Shown piece after piece: positions 1-9,567 of a DNA stretch of 37,388 nt. Both the position numbers and the translations under genes were made by a program. The notes under the pieces are model-generated. The model searched no databases. It was given only the letters and a program-made list of their open reading frames with translations, and was not told the DNA's origin. This stretch comes from Erysipelotrichaceae bacterium (lineage in GTDB: Bacteria; Bacillota_I; Bacilli_A; RFN20; CAG-826): NCBI GenBank assembly GCA_031271635.1, contig JAISVG010000033.1, forward strand, positions 1 through 37,388, written 5' to 3'. How positions within the stretch are numbered: position 1 is the first letter of the stretch; every line of letters begins with the position of its first letter.

Positions 1-409
1 AAAGGACTATTTCAATTTGAGAAAAGATATCACTATTATCAACTTCTTTAGTTTCGATGACTGGAATCTTATCAAGTAACGGAACATCATTCTCATCAGT
101 TTCATCAAGTGAGATATTAAGATGATAAAGATGATAAGTTTTGGTGAAGTCTCTTTTCACCGTCAGAAAGGCGCGTTCTAAATAAGCACTGATGGTGTTA
201 TCAGTGGCATCTTCTTTAAAGACAACTTCATTTACGACATCAAGAAGTTTAAGATGACAACTTTGAATAAAATCCTCGCGATAATTATTATCGCAGTTAA
301 TGCTTTTAAAGATGGTGAAAATCTTTGGTTCAAGAAATGTTGCTAATTTAAGAAAGGCAATGCTATTTCTTGGATTTTTTTGATAATCCAAAAATAGTTT
401 TTTGAGCAT
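1..409 (-). CDS. sigma-70 family RNA polymerase sigma factor-like protein (partial, runs off the window)
   Basis: Not in the ORF track. ATG at 409 is preceded by AAGGAG and the frame is open to the window edge. Translation MLKKLFLDYQ...YREDFIQSCHLKLLDVV...ISAYLERAFLTVKRDF...NISLDETDENDVPLLDKIP resembles sigma region 2 followed by the SLD...LLD linker. Confidence 0.6.
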   Translation of the reverse strand, partial: MLKKLFLDYQKNPRNSIAFLKLATFLEPKIFTIFKSINCDNNYREDFIQSCHLKLLDVVNEVVFKEDATDNTISAYLERAFLTVKRDFTKTYHLYHLNISLDETDENDVPLLDKIPVIETKEVDNSDIFSQIEIVL

Positions 410-677
410 CTATTAATCTCCTTTCGAAGTATCTATCGGACTAGCGACATCTTATCAACACGTTAAACTTAATCAAATATCTTAATAATCTTCCTATTTT
501 GGGCGACCTAAAAACTCTGATTTATCATCTTGAGTTGTTTAAAATCTTACTGCTGTTATCAGCATCCATCCAATTTGCTTTTCGATCGCTGCCCTTTTAT
601 TTTATCATTTTAGACTAAAAACAGTTATGAAATAATAAGTTTTAGTGCGAAGGGATGGGCACTTTGGCGCTACAAAT

Positions 678-707
678 AAAAAACTGCTAAGTTTTACCCT
701 AGCAGTT
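678..707 (-). terminator. intrinsic terminator after serS
   Basis: AACTGCTA (682-689) / TAGCAGTT (700-707) inverted repeat, followed on the minus strand by a T run. Confidence 0.75.
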
Positions 708-726
708 ACGTCTTATGCTATTTTAT

Positions 727-2004
727 CTATCGTATCGGTTTTAAAACTTTAATACCTTTAAGATAAGGCCACAGAACTTTCGGTATTAGTACCGAGCCGT
801 CTTCTTGTTGAAATTGCTCAAGAATTGCCGGAAAAATCCGACTCGTAGCAAGACCTGAAGCATTTAAGGTGTGTACCAGTTGGGTTTTTTTATTCTCGTC
901 GCGATATCTAATTTTCCCTCTTCGCGCTTGATAATCGCGAGCGTTTGATGCCGAAGAAACTTCTTTATAAATATCCATTGATGGAATGAAAACCTCGATG
1001 TCATAAGTTCTTGCCATCGCGTGAGAAATATCTCCCGCTGCAAGTTTACTCACTTGATAATGTAGTCCAAGTTTATTAACTAGACTTTCGGCCTTTTTCA
1101 CTAACTCTTTAAAAGCGCGGTCTGAGTCTTGAGGTAGAGTATATTGGACTAGCTCCACCTTGTTGAATTGATAGCCCCTAATCATCCCGCGTTCCTCTTG
1201 ACCATAAGATCCGGCTTCCTTTCGAAAACAGTTTGTATAGGCAAAATACTTTCTTGGAAGGCTTGTTGCCTCAAGAATTTCTTCACGGTGAAGATTAATT
1301 AAAGCGGTTTCTGCCGTTGGTAATAAGAATTTCTTGGGTTCAATGCCGTTTAGCCAAAAAACATCATCTCGGAATTTCGGAAATTGCCCGGCTACAAAGC
1401 CTGAGGCCTCATTTAGTAAGTAAGGTGGCATCATCATTTCATAACCATCTTTTAAGTGTTCATTAATGAAAAAACTAATCAGCGCCCATTCAAGACGCGC
1501 ACCAAGATTAGTATAAATCCAGGTTCCATGCCCTGAAATCTTTGCGGCTCGTTCATAATCAATAAGACCTAAGGATGTTGCAAGAGCAACGTGGTCTTGC
1601 GGTTTAAAAGTAAAAACCGGTTTGGTTCCGACGGTTTTAATCGCTTTATTGTGTTCCTTTCCGCCTCCTACTAAATCCTTATCCGGGAGATTTGGTAACT
1701 CAACTAAAATGGCTGTCAAGGTCTCATCAACCGCTTTCAATCTTGCTTCGTGCACAAGATTATCAGCGCTTAGTTTATTCACTGCTTCAAAAAGTGCCGC
1801 GACGTCTTCACCTTTTTTCTTTGCAATCGGAACATATTTAGAAAGACGATTTTGTTCCGCTTTATTTGTTTCAACTACTTTAATTAATTGTCTTTTTTCT
1901 TCATCAAGAGTTAAAATAGTTTTTTCATCTAGTGAAACACCACGCTTTTTAAGAGCTTTTTTTACATAACTTGGATTATCTCTAATTAAATTTAGATCAA
2001 GCAT
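727..2004 (-). CDS. serS: serine--tRNA ligase
   Basis: MLDLNLIR N-terminal coiled-coil arm; PTAET, FRKEAG, YKEVSSASN and HTLNASGLATSR class II SerRS motifs. Confidence 0.97.
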   Translation of the reverse strand: MLDLNLIRDNPSYVKKALKKRGVSLDEKTILTLDEEKRQLIKVVETNKAEQNRLSKYVPIAKKKGEDVAALFEAVNKLSADNLVHEARLKAVDETLTAILVELPNLPDKDLVGGGKEHNKAIKTVGTKPVFTFKPQDHVALATSLGLIDYERAAKISGHGTWIYTNLGARLEWALISFFINEHLKDGYEMMMPPYLLNEASGFVAGQFPKFRDDVFWLNGIEPKKFLLPTAETALINLHREEILEATSLPRKYFAYTNCFRKEAGSYGQEERGMIRGYQFNKVELVQYTLPQDSDRAFKELVKKAESLVNKLGLHYQVSKLAAGDISHAMARTYDIEVFIPSMDIYKEVSSASNARDYQARRGKIRYRDENKKTQLVHTLNASGLATSRIFPAILEQFQQEDGSVLIPKVLWPYLKGIKVLKPIR

Positions 2005-2005
2005 T

Positions 2006-4531
2006 TTATTCTCCTTCTACGTCTTCTTCGGTTTCGTCTAGGTCGGCTTCAATTTTTGGGAGGACCGCGATGGAAGCGACTTTCGCACCTTCATCAAGGC
2101 GGATGATTCTCACCCCTTGAGCGTTTCTTCCAGTCTCACGAATATCCTTAATGCCCACACGAATAATAATTCCCGTATCAGAAACCACCAAAAGATCTTC
2201 ATCGCCGTTAACAGCTTTTAAGGCTACTAATTTCCCGGTTTTTTCGGTTACCTTGAGGGTAATCACGCCTTTTCCACCGCGATGGATGGTAGAATATTCA
2301 TCAAAAGGTGTTAGTTTCCCATATCCATTTTCAGAAATTACTAAGATATACTTTCCGGCAGAATTAATTGTCGCTCCGACCACTTTTTGTCCGGGCTTTA
2401 AAGTCATTCCTTTGACACCAATTGAATCTCTACCGACACTTCTTACTTCTTCTTCTTTAAACTTAATGAGGATGCCATCGCTGTTCCCAATTCCGACTTC
2501 TTCGTTGCCATTAGATAAAATGACTCGAATCAAGGAATCCGCACCATCTCTTAAATCAATCGCGATCTTTCCGTTACGATTAATCTGTTGATACATTGAA
2601 AGCGGAGTTCGTTTAATAATGCCGTTTTGGGTAAAGAATAATAAGTACTGAGTATCTTGATATTCATCGCATGCAATAATCGTTAAGACTTTTTCGTCTT
2701 TTTCAATATTAATTAAATTAATAATCGGCTTTCCTTCAGCAGTACGATTATATAAAGGAATTCTCCAGCCCCGAAGTGAATATACCCGGCCATAGTTTGT
2801 AAAGAACAATAAATCCGTATGAGTCTTTGCATGAAGAATAAAGGAAACATTATCATTGGCCTTAGTTTTTGCCCCAGTTTTCCCTCTTCCACCACGGTTT
2901 TGCACGTTAAATTCATTTGGTTCAAGTCTTTTAATGTAGCCGTTTTCAGTTAAGGTAACTACAATTTCTTCTTCTGGCACCAAAGATTCATCTTCGATTG
3001 AGGCAGAATCATTATTAATTTCGGTTTTTCGTTCGTCGCTATATTTATTCTTAATGGCATCAAGCTCTTCAATAACTAAGTTCTGAAGTTTGTCCCGACT
3101 TGATAATAGATCGCGGTAGTAAGCAATGTTCTTTTCAAGTGTAGCGCGTTCCTCGACTAATTTATTAACTTCAATTCCCGTTAATCTTCTTAGAGTTAGT
3201 GAAAGGATGGCCTGAGTTTGTTTTTCACTTAAGTTATACTGGGCCATTAAAGCCGCTTGAGCATAATCAGGTGATTCACTTTCTTTAATAATCCGCACGA
3301 CCTCATCGATATTATCTTCCGCGATTAAAAGTCCGACTACAATATGATCCCGCTCCTCGTCTTTTTCAAGTTTATACTTAGTTCTTCTTTCAACTATCTC
3401 AATCTGGAAGTTAAGATAATTTGTTAGTACTTCCTTAACGGGAAGAATTTTTGGTTCTTGATTAACTAAGCAAAGCATAATAATCCCAAACGATGTTTGA
3501 AGTTGAGTGTGTTTATAAATATTATTTAACACCACCTCCGGATTAGCGTCTTTCTTTAAATCAACAACAAGACGAATTCCTAAGGAGTTTGATTCGTCTT
3601 TGATGTTAGAAATCTCGCTGATGACTTTTTCTCGCGCTAAAGCGGCGATTTTTTCATGCAAAGTAGCTTTATTAACTTGATAAGGAAGTTCACTAATAAC
3701 AATGCGTTTCTTTCCTTCTTTGGTTTCTTCAATATCCGCCCGGCCTCTAATTACGACAGAACCCGCTCCGGTTTCATAGGCTTTCTTAATACCATCTCGT
3801 CCTAAAATAATCCCTTTAGTCGGAAAATCTGGTCCTTTTAGGGTTTCCATAAGTTCCACGACACTAATATCTGGGTTTGCGGCGACTACTTTAATACCTT
3901 CGATGACTTCACCTAAATTATGAGGCGGGATGTTTGTTGCCATTCCAACGGCAATACCGCTACTTCCTGAAACTAAAAGGTTCGGAAATCTTGATGGTAG
4001 AACTACTGGTTCTTTCTCGCTTCCATCATAATTATCGACAAAATCAACCGTTTCACAATCAATATCACGGACTAGTTCTTGGGCCATCTTGGTCATTCTA
4101 GCTTCGGTATATCGCATTGCCGCAGCTTCATCGCCATCAATGCTGCCAAAGTTTCCGTGTCCATCTACGAGGCAGTAACGCATGCTAAATGGTTGAGCCA
4201 TTCTCACTAACGAAGAATAAATTGCTTGATCACCATGAGGGTGATATTAACCCATAACATCACCAACGATACGGGCTGATTTCTTGTGCGGTTTATCAGG
4301 AGTCATTCCTGATTCGTTCATCCCAAAAATGATCCGACGATGTACTGGTTTTAAACCATCACGTACATCAGGAATCGCCCGAGCCACAATGACCGACATC
4401 GCATAATCAAGGAAGGCACTTTTAATTTGATTAACAATTTCTACTGGAGTAATACCAGCCACAATACCTGAAGCAATCTCTCCTGGAGTTTCTTCAGTTT
4501 CATCAACAATCTTTTTTTCTAATTCGCTCAT
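2006..4531 (-). CDS. gyrA: DNA gyrase subunit A, interrupted by one in-frame TAA at 4247-4249
   Basis: The two ORF-track pieces share one frame: ...[29 protein letters not shown]... Catalytic AAMRYTEAR, GyrA-box QNRGGRG and C-terminal beta-pinwheel repeats are present. Confidence 0.95.
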
Positions 4532-4540
4532 GTCTACTCC

Positions 4541-6574
4541 TTACGTATCAAGATTCTTCACGAATCTAGCATTATTAATAATAAAATCTCTTCTTGGATC
4601 AACCTCATCGCCCATTAAATCAGTAAAGACGCGGTCCGCCTCTTCAGCGCGTTCCATGGTTACTTGTAATAGTTTTCGGTTGTCCATATCCATGGTGGTT
4701 TCTTTTAATTGATCGGCATCCATTTCGCCTAGTCCTTTATATCGTTGCGTGGGATAACCGTCCTTAAGATTTAATTGTTTTTTAATCTCTAGAAGTTGAT
4801 CATCATTATACGCATAATAATCTTTTTGGTGATAAGTCACTTTATAAAGCGGCGGCTGAGCAATATAAATGTATCCAGCTTCAATAAGTGGTTTCATAAA
4901 GCGATAGAATAACGTCAATAACAGTACTGAAATATGTGAGCCATCAACGTCCGCATCAGTCATGATAATAACTTTATGGTATCTAGCTTTTTCAAGATCA
5001 AAGATATTACCATAACCCGAACCAATCGCAGTGATGATGCTTCCGATTTCAGCGTTATCAAAGACCTTTTCCTGCGTCGCTTTTTCAACATTCAGAATTT
5101 TTCCTCTTAAAGGAAGAATCGCTTGAAACTCACGGTTTCGGGCGTTTTTTGCGGAGCCACCAGCAGAATTACCCTCAACAATAAAGAGTTCGCATTTTAC
5201 CGGGTCAGTTGAAGAACAATCCGCTAACTTACCAGGCAGCGTTGTGAGTTCAATTGAACCCTTGCGAATCGCTTCACGAGCCTTATCCGCCGCGATTCTT
5301 GCCCGCTGAGCATTTAATACCTTGATGCAGATTTTACTGGCAGCGTCGGGGTTTTCTTGCAAGAAATCCTTTAGTTTTGGCCCGATCACTTGCGAGGCGA
5401 TCGCGCGCACTTCTTCGTTTCCGAGTTTATTCTTAGTTTGGCCTTTATATTGAGGATTAGGATGTCTTACGGAAACAATCGCAACTAACCCTTCTTTTAC
5501 ATCTTCTTGGCGGAATGGTTCTTTTGGATCATATGAATATGTTCGCTTGTTTTTATTGCTTTCTTCTTTAAGAACGAAATTCTTCTTTTCTTCGGCGTAA
5601 TTCTTGAGTTCACGAGTTAACGCCATCATAAAGCCGTCTTCATGAAAACCGCCTTCAGAAGTACGAATATTATTACAAAATGAGTACATTGATTCATAAG
5701 AAGTAGCGTTATACTGCACTGCTGCTTCGATTTCTACACGCCCCTCTTTGGTGCTCATGCTGCCATCGGTTTCATTCATCACTGGGATAATCGCAACTCC
5801 GTCACCCTCACAATAAAAGACTTCAGTAAAAAGTGGTCCTTTGTTCTTGTTTAAATCTCTTACGTATTCTGAAATGCCGCCTTCATAATAGAAAGTTACT
5901 TCTTTTAAGGGTTCAATGCGATGGTCAATCAATGAAATCTTTAATCCGCGGTTTAAAAACGCCATTTGCTTGATGTGATCTTTAATAACATCATAATCAA
6001 ACTCGGTACTTTCAGTAAAAATAGTAGGATCAGGTTTAAAGGTAATTTTTGTGCCGCGAAGCTTTGTCGGGCCAATATCTTTTAATGGCGCTACAACATG
6101 ACCACCACTTTCAAAACGAATAAAGTATTCTCTTCCTTCTTTATAGACAGTACACTCAAGCCAACTTGATAAAGCATTGACTACTGTTGCTCCAACGCCA
6201 TGGAGGCCACCAGCGACTTTATAGCCTGAGTTCTCACCGCCAAACTTCCCGCCAGCATGAAGAATCGTGAGAACCGTCTCAACTCCGGACTTTCCGGTTT
6301 TCTCAACAATATCAACTGGGATTCCCCGTCCGTTATCAGTAATTGAGATGACATTATCGGGTTTCATTTCAATTGAAATGTGATTGGCATATCCTGCAAG
6401 AGCCTCATCAATCGAGTTATCAACGATTTCCCACACTAAATGGTGAAGCCCCTCGATCGAGGTGGTTCCGATATACATTCCCGGTCTTTTTCGAACTGCT
6501 TCTAACCCTTCAAGAACTGTTAAACTCTTTCCGCTATATTCTTTACTAGCGTTGTTATCATTTGTTTCACTCAT
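4541..6574 (-). CDS. gyrB: DNA gyrase subunit B
   Basis: LEAVRKRPGMYIG, EIVDNSIDE, GGLHGVG, EGNSAGGSAK, PLRGKILNVEKA, IMTDADVDGSHI and RYKGLGEM motifs; adjacent to gyrA. Confidence 0.97.
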   Translation of the reverse strand: MSETNDNNASKEYSGKSLTVLEGLEAVRKRPGMYIGTTSIEGLHHLVWEIVDNSIDEALAGYANHISIEMKPDNVISITDNGRGIPVDIVEKTGKSGVETVLTILHAGGKFGGENSGYKVAGGLHGVGATVVNALSSWLECTVYKEGREYFIRFESGGHVVAPLKDIGPTKLRGTKITFKPDPTIFTESTEFDYDVIKDHIKQMAFLNRGLKISLIDHRIEPLKEVTFYYEGGISEYVRDLNKNKGPLFTEVFYCEGDGVAIIPVMNETDGSMSTKEGRVEIEAAVQYNATSYESMYSFCNNIRTSEGGFHEDGFMMALTRELKNYAEEKKNFVLKEESNKNKRTYSYDPKEPFRQEDVKEGLVAIVSVRHPNPQYKGQTKNKLGNEEVRAIASQVIGPKLKDFLQENPDAASKICIKVLNAQRARIAADKAREAIRKGSIELTTLPGKLADCSSTDPVKCELFIVEGNSAGGSAKNARNREFQAILPLRGKILNVEKATQEKVFDNAEIGSIITAIGSGYGNIFDLEKARYHKVIIMTDADVDGSHISVLLLTLFYRFMKPLIEAGYIYIAQPPLYKVTYHQKDYYAYNDDQLLEIKKQLNLKDGYPTQRYKGLGEMDADQLKETTMDMDNRKLLQVTMERAEEADRVFTDLMGDEVDPRRDFIINNARFVKNLDT

Positions 6575-6600
6575 AAAACTCCTTCTAAGACTCTTTTATT

Positions 6601-6629
6601 ATTATATAATAAAACCGAAGAAAAAACAA
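6601..6629 (-). promoter_or_regulatory. putative sigma-A promoter of gyrB-gyrA-serS
   Basis: Minus strand reads TTGTTT-N17-TATAAT, followed by an AAGGAG Shine-Dalgarno before the gyrB ATG. Confidence 0.6.
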
Positions 6630-6705
6630 GGCATCTTTGGTGGTTTTAGTTCTATTTGTTGAGCAAAAAAAGCAGCGAAGCAACCATTAAAATTAAAAAC
6701 TCTCT

Positions 6706-6924
6706 TTATTTCTCTTTTTTGATAACTAGGTATGTTATGGATTTAATTCTAACGTTGTCACCAGGATAGATCTTACGTCCTCTTCTAGTTTCAGTATCAT
6801 CGTTAACAAAAACTTCATTGGTACTTAAGTACTGTTTTACATCACTGCCGCTAGTAATGATTCCGGTGTATTTTAAAAACTGCCCTAAGGTAATGTAATC
6901 AGTTGAGATTGCAACGTCTTTCAT
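6706..6924 (-). CDS. yaaA: S4-domain RNA-binding protein (YaaA family)
   Basis: YITLGQFLK...SGSDVK...ETRRGRKIYPGD; conserved position downstream of dnaN. Confidence 0.92.
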   Translation of the reverse strand: MKDVAISTDYITLGQFLKYTGIITSGSDVKQYLSTNEVFVNDDTETRRGRKIYPGDNVRIKSITYLVIKKEK

Positions 6925-8033
6925 TATACCGCGCGGATTGGGGTGAGCACTTGGATAACTTCGGGATCGCTTTTATTGGTCAAAGAAAAGGGCTTTAATT
7001 CCCCGGAAAAGTTAAAGGTGACATATTTACTCTTCAGGCCTTTGATTGACTGTAAGGTGTGAATTGAATTAAAATAAATATCAAACTGATCGCCATCATA
7101 ATCAACCCCAAGAATTTTTGAGAGCGAGGTTCCGCCTTGGTTATTTTTTGAAGAAAACTCGACTACGCCTTTTTTGAGAAGCATTCTTACTCTTGATTCT
7201 TGAGCGTCGTTTAAAGCGGTAACGCTTGAAATTCGCTGCATAACTACCTCGGTTTCAAATTCAACGCTGATTGCAGTGCTAAGCTTAATGATTCTTGCAA
7301 TCTGAGCCGTTGGGTAATCGCCGCTTAATAGTTTAATTCTAATCTTGGTTTTTCCAACTTCAATTAAGAGGACCTTGCCGTCGGTTGAAAGTTTTAGTTC
7401 CTTGGTTCCTTCAAGGATCTTGACAATCTCGCTAATGTGTTTGGCCTCAGGGTTAATATTAAAATGAGCGGCGCTTGAAACCTTGACCGCCTTCTTTGCA
7501 ATTCTTGTCGCTTCAGCAGCAATCGCAGTCAATAAGCCGTCTTCAAGATTTAAGTTAAGAGCAGTAAAAAGCGGCCTCTTATCATTAGTCGCGGCCGCGA
7601 AACTGGTTTGTTCTACTAAATCAACAAAGACATCGCTCTTTAGTAAGATGACTTCGCCTTTTGGATCAAAATCAAGTTCTGGGTACTCATTAACATCAAC
7701 TGTCGGAAGTTTATATTCAGAAACACCATCGAAGATTAGAGTCGTGGTGTTTTCAAAGACTTCGATTTTAATAACTGGTTCGGTTAAAACCCTCAGGATG
7801 TCGTTTAGAGTTTTTGCATCAATTAAGACACCACCATCTTCAGAAGCAATAACGCTTTCCTGATCAACTGTAGTTATTAGCGATAAAGAGTCTGAGCTAT
7901 ATGTTAAATCTAACCGTTTGTTTCTTATTTCAAGTTTAAGATAAGTTAGAATTGGGTTAATTCTTGGCGTAACCCCTTTTTGGACAATAGCCAAGGCTTT
8001 TTGTAGAATGCTTTTTTGAATCTCTAATTTCAT
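6924..8033 (-). CDS. dnaN: DNA polymerase III beta sliding clamp
   Basis: Follows dnaA. NPILTYLK, EQTSFAAA...RPLFTAL and C-terminal QVLTPIR resemble beta clamp. Start moved to ATG 8033, which has AAGGAG upstream (369 aa). Confidence 0.93.
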   Translation of the reverse strand: MKLEIQKSILQKALAIVQKGVTPRINPILTYLKLEIRNKRLDLTYSSDSLSLITTVDQESVIASEDGGVLIDAKTLNDILRVLTEPVIKIEVFENTTTLIFDGVSEYKLPTVDVNEYPELDFDPKGEVILLKSDVFVDLVEQTSFAAATNDKRPLFTALNLNLEDGLLTAIAAEATRIAKKAVKVSSAAHFNINPEAKHISEIVKILEGTKELKLSTDGKVLLIEVGKTKIRIKLLSGDYPTAQIARIIKLSTAISVEFETEVVMQRISSVTALNDAQESRVRMLLKKGVVEFSSKNNQGGTSLSKILGVDYDGDQFDIYFNSIHTLQSIKGLKSKYVTFNFSGELKPFSLTNKSDPEVIQVLTPIRAV

Positions 8034-8049
8034 CTTTATTTCTCCTTTT

Positions 8050-8098
8050 TTAATATTTAAGAATAACAACTATAATAAGGCTGTTGATATGTGGATAA
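8050..8098 (-). promoter_or_regulatory. oriC unwinding module (tandem DnaA boxes, short GC spacer, trio-like triplets, AT-rich tract)
   Basis: Minus strand reads TTATCCACA (8090-8098), TATCAACA, GCC, then TTATTATAGTTGTTATTCTTAAATATTAAAAAA. This matches the layout of the Bacillus dnaA-dnaN basal unwinding system. Confidence 0.75.
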
Positions 8099-8127
8099 GT
8101 TTTCCTTAATATCTACATTTTATAACT

Positions 8128-9510
8128 TTAAGCGGGTTTTTTCTTCAATTTCGTCTTTAAAGTCGCGATCGCGGTCTTAGTAGCTTCGTCAGCTTTCCAC
8201 ATATTGCTCACTTTTTCAATCGCATTCATCACAGTGGTATGGTGAACCCCGCCAAAGAAGCGTCCGATTTCAACCAAACCGGTATCAAGCATATTACGAA
8301 TTAAATACATTGCCACATGGCGCGCAAGCGCGATTTGAAGCACGCGGCTTTTTCCGACAAGCTGCGAGGGTGAAAAATTATAATAATCAGCAACCTCGTT
8401 AATGATTCGTCTTTCGTCAACCGCGCCTTTATGAGAATTTGATTTCACGCTGTCGATTGCTTCGTGCACAAAATCAAGCGTGATGCGATCGTCTTTTGAT
8501 AATTGCTTAAAGACAGTATAAAAAACCACACGATTAAGAATTGATTCTAAGTCGCGGACGTTATTACGATTGCTTGCCATATATTCTAAGGCGTCATTAT
8601 CGTATTTATCTTCACTTAATCCAGTCGCGCGAATCTTTGATTTTAGGATTTGCACCCCGGTTGGGACGTCAGGCTTTAAAATATTAACTAATAGCCCCGA
8701 ACCAAACCTGGTGGTCAAGCGAGGATGTAATTCTCTTAAGTCATCAGGATGCTTATCACTAGCGAGGATAATTGGCTTATTATCATTGGTGAGATCTTCA
8801 AAAATAGTAAAGAACATTCCCTCAACCGCAGTGTGTTTTTGAAGCATTTGAACATCATCAATTAATAAAACATCAACCCCGCGGAAGTAGTCACGGAACT
8901 TGTTGTGATCGTGATTTTCTTTGTTTTGGAAAAATTTAATACATTCTGAAACAAAATCACTACTAGAAATATATAAAACTTTTAAGTTAGGAGAGTTATC
9001 TTTTAGGTAGTTTCCAATCGCGTTTAGAAGGTGGGTTTTCCCTAAGCCGGCATCAGAGTAAACGAATAACGGGTTATAAAGGCGGTTCTTAATTGAGGCC
9101 ATCATTAAAGCCGCTTGTGAAGCTTCTTTGTTGGAAAGACCAACCACAAAATTTTGGAAAGTAAACTCTGGGCGAATCCTAGCGCTAGGAAAATACGAAT
9201 CATCGTCCGTGGTTTGTTGTTTGGTGGGGGTTGTAAGGACTGGAATATCATCTTCAACAATGAATTTTAAAACAAACTCAGTTTGAAAAACGTCTTTAAT
9301 AAGGTTATTAAGTTCATCTTTAAATTTATTACTGATAATGTTTTTTGCAAGGTTGGTTGAAACGAAGATTGATAGTTCGTTATTTTTAAGGTCATAAATA
9401 AAGGTGTCAGCAAAGAAAAAGTTAAAAGTATCAAATCCGTGGTGTGTTTTAATCCCGTCTAAAACTTGTGACCAATACTGTTCTAGTTCAGGAACTTTGC
9501 TTTTTACCAT
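8128..9510 (-). CDS. dnaA: chromosomal replication initiator DnaA
   Basis: FTFQNFVVG, YNPLFVYSDAGLGKTHLL, DVLLIDDVQ, NVRDLE, ARHVAMYL and HTTV motifs. Start moved to ATG 9510 (460 aa), because the ORF-track extension reads through the DnaA-box cluster. Confidence 0.97.
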   Translation of the reverse strand: MVKSKVPELEQYWSQVLDGIKTHHGFDTFNFFFADTFIYDLKNNELSIFVSTNLAKNIISNKFKDELNNLIKDVFQTEFVLKFIVEDDIPVLTTPTKQQTTDDDSYFPSARIRPEFTFQNFVVGLSNKEASQAALMMASIKNRLYNPLFVYSDAGLGKTHLLNAIGNYLKDNSPNLKVLYISSSDFVSECIKFFQNKENHDHNKFRDYFRGVDVLLIDDVQMLQKHTAVEGMFFTIFEDLTNDNKPIILASDKHPDDLRELHPRLTTRFGSGLLVNILKPDVPTGVQILKSKIRATGLSEDKYDNDALEYMASNRNNVRDLESILNRVVFYTVFKQLSKDDRITLDFVHEAIDSVKSNSHKGAVDERRIINEVADYYNFSPSQLVGKSRVLQIALARHVAMYLIRNMLDTGLVEIGRFFGGVHHTTVMNAIEKVSNMWKADEATKTAIATLKTKLKKKPA

Positions 9511-9516
9511 ATGCAA

Positions 9517-9545
9517 AGAATAGCACATAAAAAAACTATTAACAA
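9517..9545 (-). promoter_or_regulatory. putative dnaA promoter (leaderless configuration)
   Basis: Minus strand reads TTGTTA-N17-TATTCT with extended -10 TG, then 6 nt, then ATG; no Shine-Dalgarno. Confidence 0.65.
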
Positions 9546-9567
9546 CTAATAAAAACCAGAAGTTAAG

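Noticed and set aside
2004-2006. T-box leader for serS
   Set aside because: serS starts 1 nt after the gyrA stop, leaving no room for a leader.
4208-4246. Intron, intein or frameshift splitting gyrA
   Set aside because: The 39 nt between the two ORFs encode the expected [13 protein letters not shown] in the same frame; nothing is inserted.
4247-4249. Genome-wide TAA recoding or a Mycoplasma-type genetic code
   Set aside because: TAA ends many genes here at their expected termini (gyrA, gyrB, dnaA, jag, glf). TGA also terminates yidC and tatD, and Trp is encoded by TGG.
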